From: Vicinamibacterales bacterium
GTDB lineage: Bacteria; Acidobacteriota; Vicinamibacteria; Vicinamibacterales; CAVVIG01
Assembly: GCA_040081675.1 (NCBI GenBank)
Contig: JBEBGB010000003.1
Location: 1-48,340 of the forward strand
Reading direction: 5' to 3'
DNA: 48,340 bases
The position numbers and the translations under genes are program-made. Position 1 is the first letter of the stretch. Every line of letters begins with the position of its first letter. The notes below the pieces were generated by a model. The model ran no database searches. It saw only the letters and a list, made by a program, of their open reading frames with translations, and was not told the DNA's origin. Positions 1-8,227 of this stretch are shown piece after piece.

Positions 1-103
1 CTACGACATCTATCCGCCGCTCGAACCGGGCGCGCTGTTGGCGTCATCGGTGAACGGCAGCCTCGGACATGCGTGGAAGGAAGCGCGGGCGGACAGGTTC
101 TGA
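1..103 (+). CDS. 3' end of a gene, possibly FMN-binding glutamate synthase family protein (partial)
   Basis: Frame from nt 2 reads YDIYPPLEPGALLASSVNGSLGHAWKEARADRF-stop (TGA 101-103), resembling the 'YP.LEPG.LL...W..A.AD.F' C-terminus I recall for this family; only 33 codons visible. Confidence 0.5.
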   Translation, partial: YDIYPPLEPGALLASSVNGSLGHAWKEARADRF

Positions 104-122
104 ATCGGTCAGCAACATGCTT

Positions 123-156
123 GGCCGGGAGGGTCGGGACGGTCGGGACGGTCGGA
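123..156 (+). repeat. G-rich 9-mer tandem intergenic repeat (GGTCGGGAC-like)
   Basis: GGCCGGGAG GGTCGGGAC GGTCGGGAC GGTCGGA; first 30 nt match 6603-6632 at 29/30. Confidence 0.8.
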
Positions 157-211
157 GCGGTTGTGCAGCGTGACGGCGAAGACGAAACATCAGCGCGAGC
201 GTTAGCTCCAC

Positions 212-246
212 GCCCAAAGCCTATCGCCCAAAGCCCAGAGCCCGCG
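212..246. repeat. Heptamer tandem repeat (GCCCAAA-like)
   Basis: GCCCAAA GCCTATC GCCCAAA GCCCAGA GCCCGCG between convergent genes. Confidence 0.55.
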
Positions 247-287
247 TGCGCCGAAAGTCGAGGAGTCCACCCACGGGCGCACGCGCC

Positions 288-2387
288 CTAGGGCTGCAGC
301 TTCTTCTGCGCGTCTCGGTAGTGGCTCGAGCTCTGGGGCACGATTGCATACGCTGCGTGTGCCTTCTCGAGGTTCCTGGCACGCTTCTCATACAAGTCAG
401 CGGCACGCCAGGCGGCATCGCGTGTGTTGGCGGGGTACTGCCTCGCGAGTCCGTACCACGCGTCTGCTGCCAGTTCGTACCGCTTCAGGTCGTCGTACAT
501 CTCGGCCAGCCTGGCGAACGCCGGCTCGACGCCCTCGGCGCTGGGATAGCGCTCGGTTAGACGTTTGTACGACACGAGCGCGGACGGGACCGACCCGAGG
601 GTGCCTTCGATGACATGCAGCCTGGTCCGCTCTTCGATCAGTCCCTTGCGCAGCAAGGCGCGGGGCGCCCACTCGCTGTCCGGATACGTCGTCGCGACCT
701 GATCGTAGAGTGCGAGGGCTGAGCGGTCTCTGTCTTCGCGTCTCGATCGACTCGTGACATCAGCGAGCCGGAACGTCGCCTCCGCTGCCACCGGCGCATT
801 GGCGAAACGGCTACGCATCTCCACGTAGTTCGCCATGGCGTCATCCAGGCGCGACTGCTGTTCGAAGACGCTGCCCATGAGCAGATAGGCGGTCGGCAGG
901 CTGGGGCTGGCCGGATGCCGCGCAATTGCCGTCTTCACGTCGGCGAGAGCCTGCTCATACAGCTTCGAATCGATCTTGGCCCGCACGACGCGTAGCTCCT
1001 CGATGACGGGATCGACCGCGGCGACTTCGGCTACCGCCGCTGGCGCCGGCGTCGCGGGCCGCGTGGCGGCGGACGCTGCCGATGCGCGCGGGGCCGGTCC
1101 GCCCTGCGTCGACGTCGCTGGCGCCGGCGAATTAGGTGCGGAAGCGACAGCACCGATCGCCGCAGCCCCGCCTGAGGCCGGTGCCGGTGCCGCAGGATTG
1201 ACGGTATTGGTTGCGGCCGACGGGTCAATCGCGGGAGCTGCCGCTGTTTCAGCCGCCGCAGGGACAGGTTCAGCAGCCGGTGACGCGGGTGTGGCGGAGC
1301 GCATCGCGAACCACCCGAGGCCCAGCACAACGACCACCGCAGCACCGCCGATGAGCGCCCATGGCCGCGCGGCCGCCGGGGCCGCGGGGATGGCCGCCGC
1401 GGGAAGGACGTGTGCGGGTGCCGACGCTGCGGGTGTTGCAACGGCCGGAGCAACGCCGGACTGCGACCACTTCGGTCCGCTCGGTGCAGCGGGCGCTACC
1501 GAACGCGAGCCGCTGCTGCGAAGGTCGCGTTCACGTTTCAGCGCCTCCAGGTCGGCGCGAAGTTCGGTGGCGGTTTGATAGCGCGTGGAGCGATTCTTTT
1601 CGAGCGCTTTGCCAATGATGCGTTCCAGTTCCTCCGGAACATTGGCGTTCAATTCGCGAGGGGCCTGCGGATCGCGATTCAGAATCGCGTCGTAAATGAC
1701 CGCGGTTGTTCCTCCGAGGAACGACCGCTCGCCGGTCGCCATCTCGTAGAGAACCACACCAAATGAAAACAGATCGGTGCGGACGTCGAGCGTCTCGCCA
1801 CGTGCCTGCTCTGGCGACATGTAGGCAATCGTGCCGAGCGCCACGCCAGCCCGCGTGGTGAGAGCCGCATCATCGCGCGTGGCGGCCATCGTCGCCAGCG
1901 GGTTGGGCGCTGACGGAGTGAGTGCCTTGGCCAGCCCGAAGTCGAGAATCTTCGCCTGCCCCCGGTTGGTGATGAAAATGTTCGCTGGCTTGATGTCGCG
2001 ATGCAGGATGCCCTGCCCGTGCGCAGCATCGAGCGCGTCGGCAATCTGAATGGATACGTCCAGCATCCGACCGATGGACAGCGGTCGATTGTTGATCGCG
2101 TGTTCGAGTGTCTGGCCCTCGAGCAGTTCCATCGCGATGAACTGCCGTCCTTCGAAGTCGTCCACCTCGTAGATCGTGCAGATATTCGGATGGTTGAGCG
2201 CCGAAGCCGTGCGCGCTTCGCGCAGGAAGCGTTCCGTCGAGACACGATCGTGGTTGCGGTCGGCGGGCAGGAACTTCAGCGCCACCTGTCGCGACAGCTT
2301 CACGTCCTCGGCCTTGTAGACGATGCCCATGCCGCCGGCGCCCAGCTCTTCGATCACGCGGTAATGGGAGATGACGAGGCCGATCAT
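288..2387 (-). CDS. Membrane-anchored Hanks-type Ser/Thr kinase with extracytoplasmic TPR domain (BamD/CpoB-like)
   Basis: GAGGMG loop, [21 protein letters not shown]; TM helix [20 protein letters not shown]; Pro/Ala linker; C-terminal helical repeats with 'YP.S' turns. Confidence 0.92.
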   Translation of the reverse strand: MIGLVISHYRVIEELGAGGMGIVYKAEDVKLSRQVALKFLPADRNHDRVSTERFLREARTASALNHPNICTIYEVDDFEGRQFIAMELLEGQTLEHAINNRPLSIGRMLDVSIQIADALDAAHGQGILHRDIKPANIFITNRGQAKILDFGLAKALTPSAPNPLATMAATRDDAALTTRAGVALGTIAYMSPEQARGETLDVRTDLFSFGVVLYEMATGERSFLGGTTAVIYDAILNRDPQAPRELNANVPEELERIIGKALEKNRSTRYQTATELRADLEALKRERDLRSSGSRSVAPAAPSGPKWSQSGVAPAVATPAASAPAHVLPAAAIPAAPAAARPWALIGGAAVVVVLGLGWFAMRSATPASPAAEPVPAAAETAAAPAIDPSAATNTVNPAAPAPASGGAAAIGAVASAPNSPAPATSTQGGPAPRASAASAATRPATPAPAAVAEVAAVDPVIEELRVVRAKIDSKLYEQALADVKTAIARHPASPSLPTAYLLMGSVFEQQSRLDDAMANYVEMRSRFANAPVAAEATFRLADVTSRSRREDRDRSALALYDQVATTYPDSEWAPRALLRKGLIEERTRLHVIEGTLGSVPSALVSYKRLTERYPSAEGVEPAFARLAEMYDDLKRYELAADAWYGLARQYPANTRDAAWRAADLYEKRARNLEKAHAAYAIVPQSSSHYRDAQKKLQP

Positions 2388-2690
2388 TGGGGGGACAATC
2401 GAAGCTTAGAGGGTCTCTCACTGCGGGTCAATGGCGGTACGTCGTGGTGCGATTGCCCGTGTGATGAAAAACGCGACAGGCGGGTCGATGTGAGGCACGA
2501 AGATGCGCATGCCGACCATCGCGTGCGCCACGCAGTCGCGCGTCTGATGCGGCGGTCACGTGCATGCGCGTAAACGAAGGTGGGCGGCGCTGAAATTCGC
2601 GGCTGGGGCTCGCGTCAGAACTTTGACGCCGCTCCTCGTGAGGCGGGGACCACGTGCCGAGCTCGCACGAGCAGGTCCAGAACCGAGCCG

Positions 2691-3998
2691 CTAGGAGCGA
2701 TTCGCACTGTCGCCTGGAGACAACAGGCGTCGAAGGCCGGCGACCGCTTGCCACATGAGCACGCCGGTCGCAGCCAGCATCATGATGAGCGACGCCGTGG
2801 CCGCGTCGACTGACACGCGCCAGCGACTGATGTTCCCCACCATGGGTCCGGCGAAGATGATGGCGCACACAAACGCCGTGGTGAACCCCCACGTGAGGTA
2901 GACGCTCGACGCACCGAACTTCATGACCGATAAGCCGACCATCGCCTCGAGGTAACCAACCAGCGGACCTGGGCCGGTTGCGCGGAGCAACATCCAGCCG
3001 AACATGACGACCAGCAGCACGTACACGTGGCGCACCGCTCGTGGGAGGCGCTGCAACACCGCGGCAAAACCCAGGGCTTCTATCGCCAGCCAGAGCGCGA
3101 AGTACACAGCCCACGGCACCACTTGCAGCGTTGTTCGCTGCCATGAGCCGACGATGAGCATCCCGGCGACTGTGGCGAGAAACAGACGAAGAGTGGGACG
3201 GTCGTGGCCGGCGCTGGGCAGCGCGAGGTAGTCGCGAAGCCATGTCATGAGCGTAACGTTCCACCGCCGCCAGAACTCGCGGATCGAGTCCGCGGTAAAT
3301 GGCCGACGGAAGTTCTCCTGCAGCCGGAAACCAACGATTCGACCGAGTCCGATGCCGACGTCGGAGAACCCAGACACCCAGTAATACACGTCGAGCGCGG
3401 CGCACACGGCGCCCAGCCACGCGGTATCTGTCGACAGACGCGTGACGCGTAAGGCGAAGATCTGGTCGGCCGTCGACCTGAGCGGCTCGGCGATCAGCAG
3501 CACCTTGATGAGGCCTGTGGTGATTCGCCGGATGCCGTAGGAGAAGCCTGCCATGGTGACATCGGTGTGCTTCAACTGCTGGCGAAACTCGTTGAAGCGC
3601 CACAAGGGTCCCGCCGGGAAGACGGGCAACTGCACGAGAAACAACAGGGCCGTGACGTCGTGCCGGGGGTCGACCAGGCCCCGGTTCACGTCCACCAGGT
3701 ACGAGATCGCATGGCACATGAAGACGCCCATGCCGATTGGCACGGCGAACGGCCACAGGGCCGACTGGATCGTGGATGCAAACAGCAGCACGTGACCGCT
3801 GACAGCAAGCGCAAGCACGCTGCGTGCGACGGACTCGCGCGCCCGACACGCGTGCAGCACCCTGGCAGCCGTCTGGGTTGCGAGCGCTGCCAGAAGCAAC
3901 AGCGCGCAGGCCTTTCCGCCGAGCATCCACACGATGGTCGCCCAGGCGAGCGCTCGGAAGATCCAGGCAGTAGCTTGTTGGGAGGAAATGCGGACCAA
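2691..3998 (-). CDS. MBOAT family membrane protein (AlgI/DltB-like), conserved His residues substituted
   Basis: AISYLVDV, AGPL, GLIKVLLIA, SGFSD, ENFRRPF, EFWRRW motifs; polytopic hydrophobic; TTG start uncertain. Confidence 0.85.
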   Translation of the reverse strand: MVRISSQQATAWIFRALAWATIVWMLGGKACALLLLAALATQTAARVLHACRARESVARSVLALAVSGHVLLFASTIQSALWPFAVPIGMGVFMCHAISYLVDVNRGLVDPRHDVTALLFLVQLPVFPAGPLWRFNEFRQQLKHTDVTMAGFSYGIRRITTGLIKVLLIAEPLRSTADQIFALRVTRLSTDTAWLGAVCAALDVYYWVSGFSDVGIGLGRIVGFRLQENFRRPFTADSIREFWRRWNVTLMTWLRDYLALPSAGHDRPTLRLFLATVAGMLIVGSWQRTTLQVVPWAVYFALWLAIEALGFAAVLQRLPRAVRHVYVLLVVMFGWMLLRATGPGPLVGYLEAMVGLSVMKFGASSVYLTWGFTTAFVCAIIFAGPMVGNISRWRVSVDAATASLIMMLAATGVLMWQAVAGLRRLLSPGDSANRS

Positions 3999-4214
3999 CG
4001 CGGCTTGATCATATCGCCACTACGGGTTACTCACGTCTTCGAGCGTTCGCGATGCGTGCGCCGGAAGGCCGTAGTTCGGGCACACGTGGAGGAACGAGTC
4101 ACACAGGACGCCTCGGTCAGGCTCTGACTTCATAGGACAAGAACGACGAGAGGGTCGAGCTGGAGTCGGGCCGGCACAGAATAGTGCTGGCGATCCCCGG
4201 ACGATCGCGACACG

Positions 4215-4421
4215 ATGTTTCTCATGCGCAATCAGCTGTTCGCGCAGTCCATCCTCGAGTACGTGGGCCTCGGCTCCTGGTCGGAGGTGAACGACTCGGC
4301 GCGGATCTTCATCTCGAATTTGTGGCAGGGACTCCTGGGCATAGAGCAGCGGACCTGGATGATCATCGGCGGCGTCCTCATCGTGCTCTGGTTTCTGACG
4401 CGCCGCTCGCGCATGCGGTAG
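4215..4421 (+). CDS. Small membrane protein, hypothetical (68 aa)
   Basis: GC3-rich codons, C-terminal TM helix WMIIGGVLIVLWFL followed by basic residues. Confidence 0.65.
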   Translation: MFLMRNQLFAQSILEYVGLGSWSEVNDSARIFISNLWQGLLGIEQRTWMIIGGVLIVLWFLTRRSRMR

Positions 4422-4463
4422 GCTGCCTCCACGACGTCCGCCTGGACGCGAGATAATGCGGGC

Positions 4464-5741
4464 ATCACCTCCCCGCCATCCCTCCCCATCGTCATCATCG
4501 GCGCCGGTGCGTCTGGACTGGCCACCGCGATTTTCACGCGGCGGTTGAATTCATCTGCGCGGGTCGTGCTGGTCGACGGCGCGCGGCGGCCCGGCGCGAA
4601 GATCCTCGTCAGCGGAGGGGGGCGCTGTAACGTCACCAACGTCCGCGTCGACGAACGCGATTTCTCGGGCGGGTCGCGTGCGTTCGTACGGCAAGTGCTG
4701 AAGGCACTCACCGTTCCAGAAACGGTCGCGTTTTTCAACGCCATCGGCGTTGTCCTGCACGAAGAGGCGGACGGCAAGCTGTTCCCCGACTCCGGTCGCG
4801 CGAAACAGGTGCTCGACGCACTGCTGCTCGAGTCGGACCGATGCGGGGTCGAGCGTCTGGACGCACACCGAGTTGACGCAATCGAACGAACGGGCGACGC
4901 ATTCGAGCTGCACGGGGCCGGCGAAGCCATGAGAGCTCGGTTCGTCGTGCTCGCAACCGGTGGTCAGTCGTTGCCGAAGAGCGGAAGCGACGGCGCCGGA
5001 TACGACTTCGCGCGCACGCTCGGACACACGATCGTTCCGCCTGTCCCCGCTCTGGTGCCGTTGCTGCTAGACCCTGCTTCCCCGCTCGCGCACGCATCGA
5101 TTGCGGGTGTCTCGCATCCGAGCGAGATCGCCGTGTGGATCGATGGACGAGTGTCTGCCCGCATCAGCGGGTCACTGCTATGGACACACTTCGGCGTCAG
5201 CGGACCGGCGGCGCTGGATGTATCGCGACACTGGGCGCGTGCGACGGCCGAAGGACAGCAGGTCCGGCTCACTCTGAATTTCTGTCCGGGTCTGGCGTTC
5301 GATGCAGTCGATGCGCGATTGGTACAGTCGATCGCAGAGCGCCCGCGAGTGTCTCTCCAAACGATCAGCTCGACGATGGTTCCTGGAGCGGTGGCCAGCG
5401 CACTGTTGCGAGCGCTCGACGTGGACGTTGCGGAGCCGGCAGGAAGTGTGACGCGCGACGCCCGGCGTCGCCTGGCCCACGGCTTGGTCGAATGGCCACT
5501 GCCGGTGGTCGGCACCAGGGGCTACAACTACGCTGAAGTGACAGCGGGTGGCGTATCGCTCTCCGAGGTGGACTCGAAGACGCTGGAGTCGCGCGTGTGT
5601 CGCGGACTCTATCTGGTCGGCGAGGTGCTGGACGTCGACGGCCGCCTGGGTGGCTTCAACTTCCAGTGGGCGTGGTCGAGCGGGAACGTCGTGGCGAGGG
5701 CCCTCGCGACTGCATTAGCACGCACTGACTCAAGTTCGTAG
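4464..5741 (+). CDS. HI0933/YhiN-family NAD(P)/FAD-dependent oxidoreductase; start uncertain (ATC at 4464 proposed)
   Basis: IVIIGAGASGL FAD motif (4488-4520) is in frame upstream of the track's TTG at 4545; KILVSGGGRCNVTN, ATGG.S.PKSGSDG, THFGVSGP, VTAGGV, GEVLDVDGRLGGFNFQWAWSSG. Confidence 0.92.
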   Translation: MTSPPSLPIVIIGAGASGLATAIFTRRLNSSARVVLVDGARRPGAKILVSGGGRCNVTNVRVDERDFSGGSRAFVRQVLKALTVPETVAFFNAIGVVLHEEADGKLFPDSGRAKQVLDALLLESDRCGVERLDAHRVDAIERTGDAFELHGAGEAMRARFVVLATGGQSLPKSGSDGAGYDFARTLGHTIVPPVPALVPLLLDPASPLAHASIAGVSHPSEIAVWIDGRVSARISGSLLWTHFGVSGPAALDVSRHWARATAEGQQVRLTLNFCPGLAFDAVDARLVQSIAERPRVSLQTISSTMVPGAVASALLRALDVDVAEPAGSVTRDARRRLAHGLVEWPLPVVGTRGYNYAEVTAGGVSLSEVDSKTLESRVCRGLYLVGEVLDVDGRLGGFNFQWAWSSGNVVARALATALARTDSSS

Positions 5742-5776
5742 TGTCGATAGGACCGCGTTGGCCATCGCGGAAACGA

Positions 5777-5965
5777 CGTGAGGCATTGCGGTGGCGGCGG
5801 CCCGTGGAGCGCCGCGCCGAATCCGAAAGTCGGAAACGGCGACGCAGGCTCATCGCTCGCGTCGATGTCCGGACGTTCCGGACGTCGACGCAAGATCGGA
5901 GACGGCGGCCCAGGAGTCGTTTCCCGCGGCGCGGTAGCGGGACGACGACGCCGCAATGCCTCGCG
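5777..5965. other. Intergenic multibranch inverted-repeat structure (candidate ncRNA or MITE-like element)
   Basis: Outer arms 5777-5791 / 5951-5965 (15 bp, one G-U); inner 15-bp hairpin 5859-5891; further short hairpins. Confidence 0.5.
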
Positions 5966-6132
5966 ATGCGCCGACGGGTTCAGGTTCCGTACTGTGGACA
6001 AACCAGGTACGAGCTGTTGTGGGAGAGTTCATCAGCGGGAGTGACGCCGCGGAATTTCTGTTCACGCCCCGACGCGAGAAAGGGCCACAATTCGCCAGAG
6101 CCACTGAAGGCACGCCCACGGGAAGGTGATCG

Positions 6133-6597
6133 ATGGAGACCACAGGACGCACGATCGACAGACGCATGTTCCTCGCGAGCGGACTCGGCGTTGCCGCCGC
6201 AACCGGGCTCGCCCGAAGCGCTGACGCGGCTGAACCATCAGCCGTGGAAAAAGCGAACATGCAAATCGTCAAAGACTTCTGCGCGGCGTGGCCCAGCCAC
6301 GACCTCGAGAAGATCCTCGCTTTCTTCCCCGACAACGGCGCCTACCGGATGACCGAAACAATGGAGCCGGCCAAGGGTCGCGAAGCGCTGACGGCACGCA
6401 TCAAGACCATCATCAACAACGTGAACCAGTTCGAGATTCTCGACACGTGGGCGCGCGGCCCCATGGTCGTCAACGAGCGCATCGATCGGTTCTCCAACTT
6501 TCAGCTCAAGAGCTGGCACGGTGTCGGCGTGTTCTTGATCAAGGACGGCAAGATCGTCGAGTGGTACGACTACACGATCGCATCCGAACGCGCGTAG
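6133..6597 (+). CDS. Tat-exported limonene-1,2-epoxide hydrolase / NTF2-like protein
   Basis: Twin-Arg signal DRRMFL..AxA; VVNERID and GVF.IKDGKIVEWYDY motifs; GGAAGG RBS. Confidence 0.8.
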   Translation: METTGRTIDRRMFLASGLGVAAATGLARSADAAEPSAVEKANMQIVKDFCAAWPSHDLEKILAFFPDNGAYRMTETMEPAKGREALTARIKTIINNVNQFEILDTWARGPMVVNERIDRFSNFQLKSWHGVGVFLIKDGKIVEWYDYTIASERA

Positions 6598-6602
6598 CAC
6601 AA

Positions 6603-6632
6603 GGCCGGGAGAGTCGGGACGGTCGGGACGGT
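6603..6632 (+). repeat. G-rich 9-mer tandem intergenic repeat (copy of 123-152)
   Basis: GGCCGGGAGAGTCGGGACGGTCGGGACGGT, 5 nt after stop codon. Confidence 0.8.
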
Positions 6633-6715
6633 GCGCGAAACGCCACCAGTGGAAGGTCGCAGTGAGTTGACTGAATCTCTGCGCCCAACCAGGCAAGGCG
6701 CAGAACGCGACATCA

Positions 6716-6742
6716 AACTCGCCGCGTTGCCCGCGGCGAGTT
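6716..6742 (-). terminator. Hairpin, probable intrinsic terminator of the RRM operon
   Basis: AACTCGCCGCG-N5-CGCGGCGAGTT perfect 11-bp stem, 14 nt after stop at 6757; only a short U-tract. Confidence 0.6.
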
Positions 6743-6756
6743 CGGCCGTTAGATAT

Positions 6757-6999
6757 CTATTCGTCTTCGGCTGGTTCGACTTTCTTTGCCTTCACCTTGC
6801 GCGGGGCGCGCTTACGCGCGGCCTTCGCAGGCGCCGGTTCGTTCGTCGTCTGAAGCACGACGAGGCGCGTGGAAAACGTGCGCTTGCCGTTCTCGTCGAA
6901 CTCGATGACGACGTGATGTTCGTTGTATTCGAGGATGGTGCCAGCGCCGTAGGTCGGCTGCACCACGCGGTCACCCTTTGCCCAGCTTTTTGGTGCCAT
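6757..6999 (-). CDS. Small Tudor/SH3-like protein with Lys/Arg-rich tail
   Basis: GDRVVQPTYGAGTI...VVIEFDENGKRTF resembles the PcrA/UvrD C-terminal domain; TAATG overlap with the RRM gene. Confidence 0.7.
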   Translation of the reverse strand: MAPKSWAKGDRVVQPTYGAGTILEYNEHHVVIEFDENGKRTFSTRLVVLQTTNEPAPAKAARKRAPRKVKAKKVEPAEDE

Positions 7000-7337
7000 T
7001 ACCAGCGAGGCTCACGGCGTGCGCCGCCACCACCACCACGATTGCCGCCACCGCCGCCGAACCCGCCGCCACCACCGAACCCGCCTTCGGGCTTCGGCCG
7101 GGCCTCGTTCACGGTCAGGGCGCGGCCCCCCATCTGAAAGCCGTTGAAGTCGGTCGCGGCCTTCTGCGCTTCTTCGTCGGTCGTCATCTCGACGAACGCG
7201 AAGCCTCGAGCACGGCCGGTTGCCGCATCGCGCATCACACGCACCGATTCAACGTTCCCAGCCTGGCTGAACAGCTCTTGTAGCTCCGTTTCACCAGCGG
7301 TGTAGGGGAGATTCCCGACGTATAGCCTGCGACCCAT
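6999..7337 (-). CDS. RRM RNA-binding protein with Gly-rich tail
   Basis: RNP2 LYVGNL, RNP1 RGFAFVEM, VNEARP, poly-Gly tail; GAGGAG RBS. Confidence 0.96.
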   Translation of the reverse strand: MGRRLYVGNLPYTAGETELQELFSQAGNVESVRVMRDAATGRARGFAFVEMTTDEEAQKAATDFNGFQMGGRALTVNEARPKPEGGFGGGGGFGGGGGNRGGGGGARREPRW

Positions 7338-7471
7338 TCCTGCTCCTCACGCAAAGGTGGCGCGCTCGTCGGCTCGGCGACAGCGGGGAGGAGAGAACGA
7401 GGCATCTGAACGGAAGCTCGATCGGCTCTCGGCGCGGGCGAAGCAGGCGGGGGAAGCCACCAGACCGGCGT

Positions 7472-7499
7472 AGTATACAACCGTTCCGATGAGGTGCAA
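7472..7499 (-). promoter_or_regulatory. Putative sigma70 promoter of the RRM operon
   Basis: TTGCAC-N16-TATACT on minus strand, implying a ~130-nt 5' UTR. Confidence 0.5.
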
Positions 7500-7549
7500 C
7501 GCAGTATCGAGCAGCTGCATGAACCGGTCCAGCTGGGTCGGCGGTCGTC

Positions 7550-8227
7550 CTACACGGGTGAGGCGACGCGTCCGGACTCCACTCTGAGAACGCGCGTCGC
7601 GGCACTCGCTGCGAAGTCTTCGTCGTGCGTCACGACGACAAGCGTGCGTCCGCGCTCGACGAGCGATTGAAGCATCGCAGCCAGCTCGGTCCGTCGTTCG
7701 GGGTCGAGGGATGCGGTGGGCTCGTCCATCAAGAGAACCGGAGGATCGGTCGCGAGCGCACGCGCAATTGCTACACGCTGCGCTTCTCCGCCCGATAGTT
7801 CGCGCGGCAGGGCGTTCGCGCGATGTCCGACGCCAAGCTGTTCGAGCAGCTCGCGAGCGCGTGTTTGTGCCGACGCCTGCGGCACGCGCAGCACATGCAC
7901 CAGCGCCAGGGACACGTTCTCGAGCGCGCTCAGATGCTCGAAGAGGCAATGCGACTGGAACACCATGCCGACCTTCGTGCGCAGCGCGCGAAGGCCAGCG
8001 GCGTCGGACGCTCCGTGTTTCAAGGACACGCCGTCAACGTCGATCTCCCCCCGATCGAATGTCTCGAGTCCTGCGACGGTCCGCAACAGCGTCGTCTTGC
8101 CCGATCCCGATGCGCCCATCAACATCACGATCTCACCACGGTGGACGTCGAGCGACACGCCGTCCAACACGACGCGCGAACCGCGGTGAAGTTGCAAGTC
8201 GCGCATGCGGACGACTGGTGTGCTCAT
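7550..8227 (-). CDS. Polar amino-acid ABC transporter ATP-binding protein
   Basis: GASGSGKTT, GMVFQ, LSGGEAQRVAIARAL, LLMDEPT, VTHD; ATG 8227 overlaps upstream stop (ATGA). Confidence 0.93.
   Translation of the reverse strand: MSTPVVRMRDLQLHRGSRVVLDGVSLDVHRGEIVMLMGASGSGKTTLLRTVAGLETFDRGEIDVDGVSLKHGASDAAGLRALRTKVGMVFQSHCLFEHLSALENVSLALVHVLRVPQASAQTRARELLEQLGVGHRANALPRELSGGEAQRVAIARALATDPPVLLMDEPTASLDPERRTELAAMLQSLVERGRTLVVVTHDEDFAASAATRVLRVESGRVASPV

Noticed and set aside
2500-2660. Palindromic stretches between the kinase and MBOAT genes (GCGCATGC/GCATGCGC)
   Set aside because: Short self-complementary GC words, plausible by chance; no U-tract or recognisable RNA motif
2428-3930. 500-aa minus-strand ORF overlapping the MBOAT gene
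   Set aside because: Alternate frame, Arg-rich, no motifs; the MBOAT frame carries the family signatures
6099-6145. AGCCACTG...GGGAAGG resembling part of a cobalamin riboswitch
   Set aside because: The upstream conserved core and the B12 box are not evident; GGAAGG is positioned as the RBS of the 6133 gene
5741-6352. Short ORFs spanning the 5741-6133 gap
   Set aside because: Low-complexity Arg/Gly translations without RBS or motifs; the region is better explained by inverted repeats
7020-7095. GGC/GGT triplet repeats
   Set aside because: Encode the ordinary Gly-rich tail of the RRM protein
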